In this document: positions 60,122 to 64,000 of the stretch, one piece after another | Position numbering within the stretch: position 1 is the stretch's first letter | How the letters are laid out: each line of letters begins with the position of its first letter | Virus record (IMG/VR): IMGVR_UViG_3300011242_000003 | Coordinates: 82,795 to 146,794 of that record | Origin: a virus | Taxonomy: Duplodnaviria > Caudoviricetes | Direction: 5' to 3' (one strand) | Length of the DNA stretch: 64,000 nt | The notes under the pieces: generated by a model | Seen by the model: only the letters and a program-made list of their open reading frames with translations | What the model was told of the DNA's origin: nothing | Database searches by the model: none | Position numbers and translations under genes: made by a program

Positions 60122-63100
60122 TTATCTTTTTACTCCGCCATTCCTTAGTTGACTTTTAACAACTTTTTCAATATTGTTATCCAATCTTCTTGTATCTAAT
60201 TCACTACCATTATTATAAATCTCCCATTCATTCTTATAAACAACAGTAGGACTATCTTTTGAAACATCAATATTTTTTAATATATTTTTGAATAAATTAT
60301 ACATACCATCTTCAATAGCCATATATTTTTCTAAATCTTCAAGATAAGGTACTAGTTTAGTAAATGCTTCTGTTTGTTGTTGATTTAAAACAAGCTCTTT
60401 TTTATGTAATAGTGCAGGAATGCCACCATTATCGAAATCCCCTGTATACATTCCACCTGTCTTGAATTTAGATACTTTGTCCTTTTTAATCCAACCAATA
60501 GCACCGTTAATATTATTAGTTCTACTTAGTGCCACTCTACCATTATTATCATTTACAACATATAATCCATCAGATGTTTTAATACCTGCACCTTTCCAAC
60601 TACCACTACTACGTGATGTTGAACTATCCACATATATATCAGAAGATAAATCTTTAACTTTTACCTTACTACCCTTTTTAACATTTCCAGTAGAGGTAGT
60701 GCTACTTCCACTAGATGAACCCTTACTAGAGGAAGACCCACTAGATGACGACTTACTGCTTGAAGCCGTTCCATTTGCAATCTTTTGGTCTTCTTTTAAT
60801 TGATTTATCATATCTTTTACATAATCAGATATACTGCCCGTAGTTTCTTTGAAATAGTCACCATATTTTGTAAGTAAACTCTGAATTTCTTTGTAGTTCT
60901 TTTCTTTTAGCAATTTATCTGCTTCTTGATATAGACGTGAATCCTCTAATAATTTATCATATTTACTTTCTATTGTTTCTTTCTCTTTTTCTTTTGCTTC
61001 AATTTGTACTCTTAATTCAGATTTAGCAATTTCTTCTTGTAGTTCATATTGTTTTTTCTGACTATATGCCGAATCATCATTTTTCCATAATTCTAACTCT
61101 GCTTTTAACTTTTTAAGTTTTTCACTTTCATTAGAATATCCGTTTTCTAATCTATCAAGTTGTTCTTTTAACTTATCTATTTCAGCATCAATCTTTTTAA
61201 TTTCTGCCTCACGCATTTCTTCATACTTTTTCTTTAATGCATTAACCAATTCATTTCTCATATCAAGAATACGTTTATTTGCCTCTTCTTCTGCTTTTAT
61301 TCTTTCCGCTTCATAATCTCTAGCATCTTTTTCCACTTGTTCTTTTGATTTGGAAGTTGGTGGTTTGGATGAACCACCTTTAGGTTTAGAACCACCTGAG
61401 GATGTACCTTTATAATCCGCACCATTAAAGCTAACTCCTCCACCCCCAAACCCTCTATTAAATTCACTAAATGAAGTATTAATTCCTTTTATCCCTGCAT
61501 CAACCGTTTTAATTTGTTTTATAGTATGAGCTAATGCTCCATTCATATTGAAAGTTGGGTCACCAAAATCTTGCATAGCCACGTTTTGCATACTAGTTAT
61601 TAGATTATTAAAATTACCTTGCAAAACTGACATCTGTTGATTAAGTTTTTGTAAAACATATGCCTTTTGTTCAGCTAATGATGTAAAATTTTGTAAATCC
61701 TTTTCATATTGAGAGGCTGAACCTCCAACTAAGTTACTTAGCCATTGTGCTAATACTGGATTTAAACTATTCATTAACCCTGCTTTTGCTTCATTGAGAG
61801 TACGATAGTTTCTTACATCAAAATTATAAGCGGAACTATTAACATCTACAAATTGACTAGCGTATTCGTCAAACATAGATTGTGCCTCATCAGCATTGGA
61901 TAATAGTGATGAATAGTATGCTTCATTATTCCCCATCATTATTTGATATGCTTCATTTTGAATACTTTCCATTCCTGCAATTTTTTGATTTAAAAACTCT
62001 TGTGCATCTGAAACATTAAAAATTGCTCCACCAATATCAGGATATTTACTCGCTATAGATGCTACTAAATCTGGTGTCATCGACCCCGCTTCATTGATTT
62101 TTTCTATCATATCATATAATGATTTAGCTTCAGCGGTTGCTTTTCCATAAGATTCTGTTGCTGTTGCAATCATATCAGGAGAACCCAAATTGCCCACATC
62201 AATGTTTTTCATCTTTTCTTTAACCTCGTCCGCAGTTAAACCTAATGAATTCAAAGAATCTTCCATTATTTTTGTTTTCATCGCAACAGAATCAACACTC
62301 ATTCCTTGTCCTATATCAACATTGCTATTTTGCTCTTTTGCTGTTTTGTTAGCGTTGAGACTTTCTGTTGATTGGTTTATATAGCCATTAAGAACATTAT
62401 ATGCCTCACCTAAATTCTTATTGTCATCTTTTAATAGTTTTAATGCGGGTAAAAGTGCATTTATGGTAGATTGATACCCTTCAACTATTTCTTGATTTTT
62501 CTTTAATCCTGAGTTGCTTACAAGGTGAAAGTCACCCGTTTCATCCTTATACCATTTTTTACCTTCTAATTTTAATTTATTATATTCTTTAAGTTTTTCA
62601 TTTGCATCTTCATAATTTTTAATTAATTGATTCATACTTTCAACACTTGCATTTTGTGCGTTTACATTGTTTTTATCTAAAACTTCATTAGCTTTTGCCT
62701 TAGATAATTCAAGATTTTTATCTATTAACTTTTGAGTAGCATCTACATTTAACATCTTTTTATTCGTGTCTTCATCTATATAAGTTATTGCATCTGGATA
62801 TACAGCAAGTAATCCCTCCAACGCAGATTGAAGTTCTTGCTCTTTTTCAGCGTACTCTTGTGTTCCTTTTTTAACATTTTTTAATTGGTTTTCTACCGAT
62901 TTGTAATTATCAATTAAGTCAGATACATTATTATTTGCATCATTTTTCATTGAGGATGCAAACTCGTCATTTAATTCTTTTAGTTTTTCATCAGCATGAA
63001 CTATACTATCCGCAAATTGCATTACTTTTGTTATTAATGATGTTATTAATAAAGATATTCCCATTGAAAACACACTTGATATCGCTACAGAAGCAATTTT

Positions 63101-64000
63101 AGATGTAACACTTACTGCTTTTAATGAGGTGTCTAACACTTTTGTTTTTACAGATGTTGCGATAGCACCATTCCCCATAAATTTAAAAGCATTATTAACG
63201 CCATTGGTGATAGTGGTTGTTTTTTCTGCTGTAAGCCCATACTTTCCTATAGCGGTAGACATTGACTCAGTCGCCATTGCTGTAGATTTCATTATTACAG
63301 ATGCTTTGTTAAATGCGACTATTGAACCTGTTGCAATGGCAACTACTGTAGGAATCCCACCGAAAACCTCTATTATTTTGCTTAAAATATTCAACACTAC
63401 TGTTCCACCAGAAACTATTGATTTAATATCTTCTGAACTTATAAGACTAACCCATATACTAGATAGTGTTTCTTTAAAAGCGTTCATCTTTCCTTCTATA
63501 GAGTCAAGATATAATTCTTGTTCACGTTGGGCTGAACCACTTGAATTCAAAGCTGTATTATAGGCGTTAATACCATCAGTCATATTTGACATAATTCCGC
63601 TGAATATATTCCCTTGTCTTTGACCTGCAATTACATATTGTAAATAAGCCTTTTGACCATCAGTTAATTTAGGATATATCTCTGATAATTCAGTCATTTG
63701 CTGATATGTGGATTTAAAAGTATTTTCATCTAACATTATATCTACTTCTTTGCCTGCATCCGCTGTAAGTTGTTTTATAACATCTCTTAATTTTGATACA
63801 GGTATTGAGGTTTCATCTATCTCAGTTTTCATTCCACGAAGTCTCATGCTCAGGGTCTTGATTGCATTACCTACTTTTTCAGAATCCTGAATTGATGCGT
63901 TACCCGCCACAAATATACCAACAGATTGTTCATAGCTGTTACCTGCTTCAGATAATGCATTACCCATTTGCCTTAATCCATTTGCAACATCTTCTGAAGT
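60122..64000 (-). CDS. tail tape measure protein (5' end outside the window) with C-terminal SH3-like domain
   Basis: GNAIKTLSMRL, FKSTY, AGQRQ repeats; frame is open to the window edge; GWIKK; ALLHKKELVLN. Confidence 0.9.
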   Translation of the reverse strand, partial: TSEDVANGLRQMGNALSEAGNSYEQSVGIFVAGNASIQDSEKVGNAIKTLSMRLRGMKTEIDETSIPVSKLRDVIKQLTADAGKEVDIMLDENTFKSTYQQMTELSEIYPKLTDGQKAYLQYVIAGQRQGNIFSGIMSNMTDGINAYNTALNSSGSAQREQELYLDSIEGKMNAFKETLSSIWVSLISSEDIKSIVSGGTVVLNILSKIIEVFGGIPTVVAIATGSIVAFNKASVIMKSTAMATESMSTAIGKYGLTAEKTTTITNGVNNAFKFMGNGAIATSVKTKVLDTSLKAVSVTSKIASVAISSVFSMGISLLITSLITKVMQFADSIVHADEKLKELNDEFASSMKNDANNNVSDLIDNYKSVENQLKNVKKGTQEYAEKEQELQSALEGLLAVYPDAITYIDEDTNKKMLNVDATQKLIDKNLELSKAKANEVLDKNNVNAQNASVESMNQLIKNYEDANEKLKEYNKLKLEGKKWYKDETGDFHLVSNSGLKKNQEIVEGYQSTINALLPALKLLKDDNKNLGEAYNVLNGYINQSTESLNANKTAKEQNSNVDIGQGMSVDSVAMKTKIMEDSLNSLGLTADEVKEKMKNIDVGNLGSPDMIATATESYGKATAEAKSLYDMIEKINEAGSMTPDLVASIASKYPDIGGAIFNVSDAQEFLNQKIAGMESIQNEAYQIMMGNNEAYYSSLLSNADEAQSMFDEYASQFVDVNSSAYNFDVRNYRTLNEAKAGLMNSLNPVLAQWLSNLVGGSASQYEKDLQNFTSLAEQKAYVLQKLNQQMSVLQGNFNNLITSMQNVAMQDFGDPTFNMNGALAHTIKQIKTVDAGIKGINTSFSEFNRGFGGGGVSFNGADYKGTSSGGSKPKGGSSKPPTSKSKEQVEKDARDYEAERIKAEEEANKRILDMRNELVNALKKKYEEMREAEIKKIDAEIDKLKEQLDRLENGYSNESEKLKKLKAELELWKNDDSAYSQKKQYELQEEIAKSELRVQIEAKEKEKETIESKYDKLLEDSRLYQEADKLLKEKNYKEIQSLLTKYGDYFKETTGSISDYVKDMINQLKEDQKIANGTASSSKSSSSGSSSSKGSSSGSSTTSTGNVKKGSKVKVKDLSSDIYVDSSTSRSSGSWKGAGIKTSDGLYVVNDNNGRVALSRTNNINGAIGWIKKDKVSKFKTGGMYTGDFDNGGIPALLHKKELVLNQQQTEAFTKLVPYLEDLEKYMAIEDGMYNLFKNILKNIDVSKDSPTVVYKNEWEIYNNGSELDTRRLDNNIEKVVKSQLRNGGVKR

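Noticed and set aside
36151-61093. TMP duplicate as a diversity-generating retroelement TR/VR pair
   Set aside because: Differences are mostly synonymous and not adenine-specific, and there is no reverse transcriptase in the window
60690-61450. Ser/Gly-rich low-complexity stretches in TMP
   Set aside because: Protein linkers with varied codons, not a DNA repeat
630-63890. Antisense ORFs in the track (e.g. 3449..3895 -, 45052..45609 -, 55672..56247 +, 63129..63563 +)
   Set aside because: They are shadows of well-supported opposite-strand genes, with no RBS or motif
1-64000. tRNA or rRNA genes
   Set aside because: No cloverleaf with a T-loop or rRNA-like GC-rich segment seen by eye; tRNAscan-SE would confirm

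Overview
A 64-kb segment of a large, very AT-rich Firmicutes (probably Clostridium) siphovirus or prophage with SPbeta-like organisation. The + strand (1-47.3 kb) carries about 90 early/middle genes. These include a replication module (SSB, AAA ATPase, helicase, primase, RecJ, intein-containing DnaE, ERCC4 nuclease), a glutaredoxin/ATP-cone-fused class II RNR, dUTPase, ATP-dependent ligase, a two-subunit type II topoisomerase, a ThyX-like protein and many small accessory ORFs. The - strand (48-64 kb) carries the end of the tail/lysis operon (tape measure, Dit, Tal, BppU tail spike, amidase, SGNH protein, holins), an HNH endonuclease and a tyrosine recombinase. The main unexplained signal is a 16-bp site, TAAAW-N6-WTTTA followed by WNNG, seen 22 times by eye. 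It sits at gene boundaries, often using the upstream stop codon, and I saw none at junctions inside the core replication operon. Two copies lie in a longer composite element with 10-bp-phased AGTAAA repeats. By inference this suggests an integron-like gene-cassette system that may use the tyrosine recombinase. Other oddities are a frameshifted early gene carrying a 22-aa copy of a tape-measure segment, four tandem promoter-short RNA-terminator units, a sensor-less chemoreceptor fragment and a GGQ-less release-factor-like protein. All calls come from manual motif reading; no searches were run.
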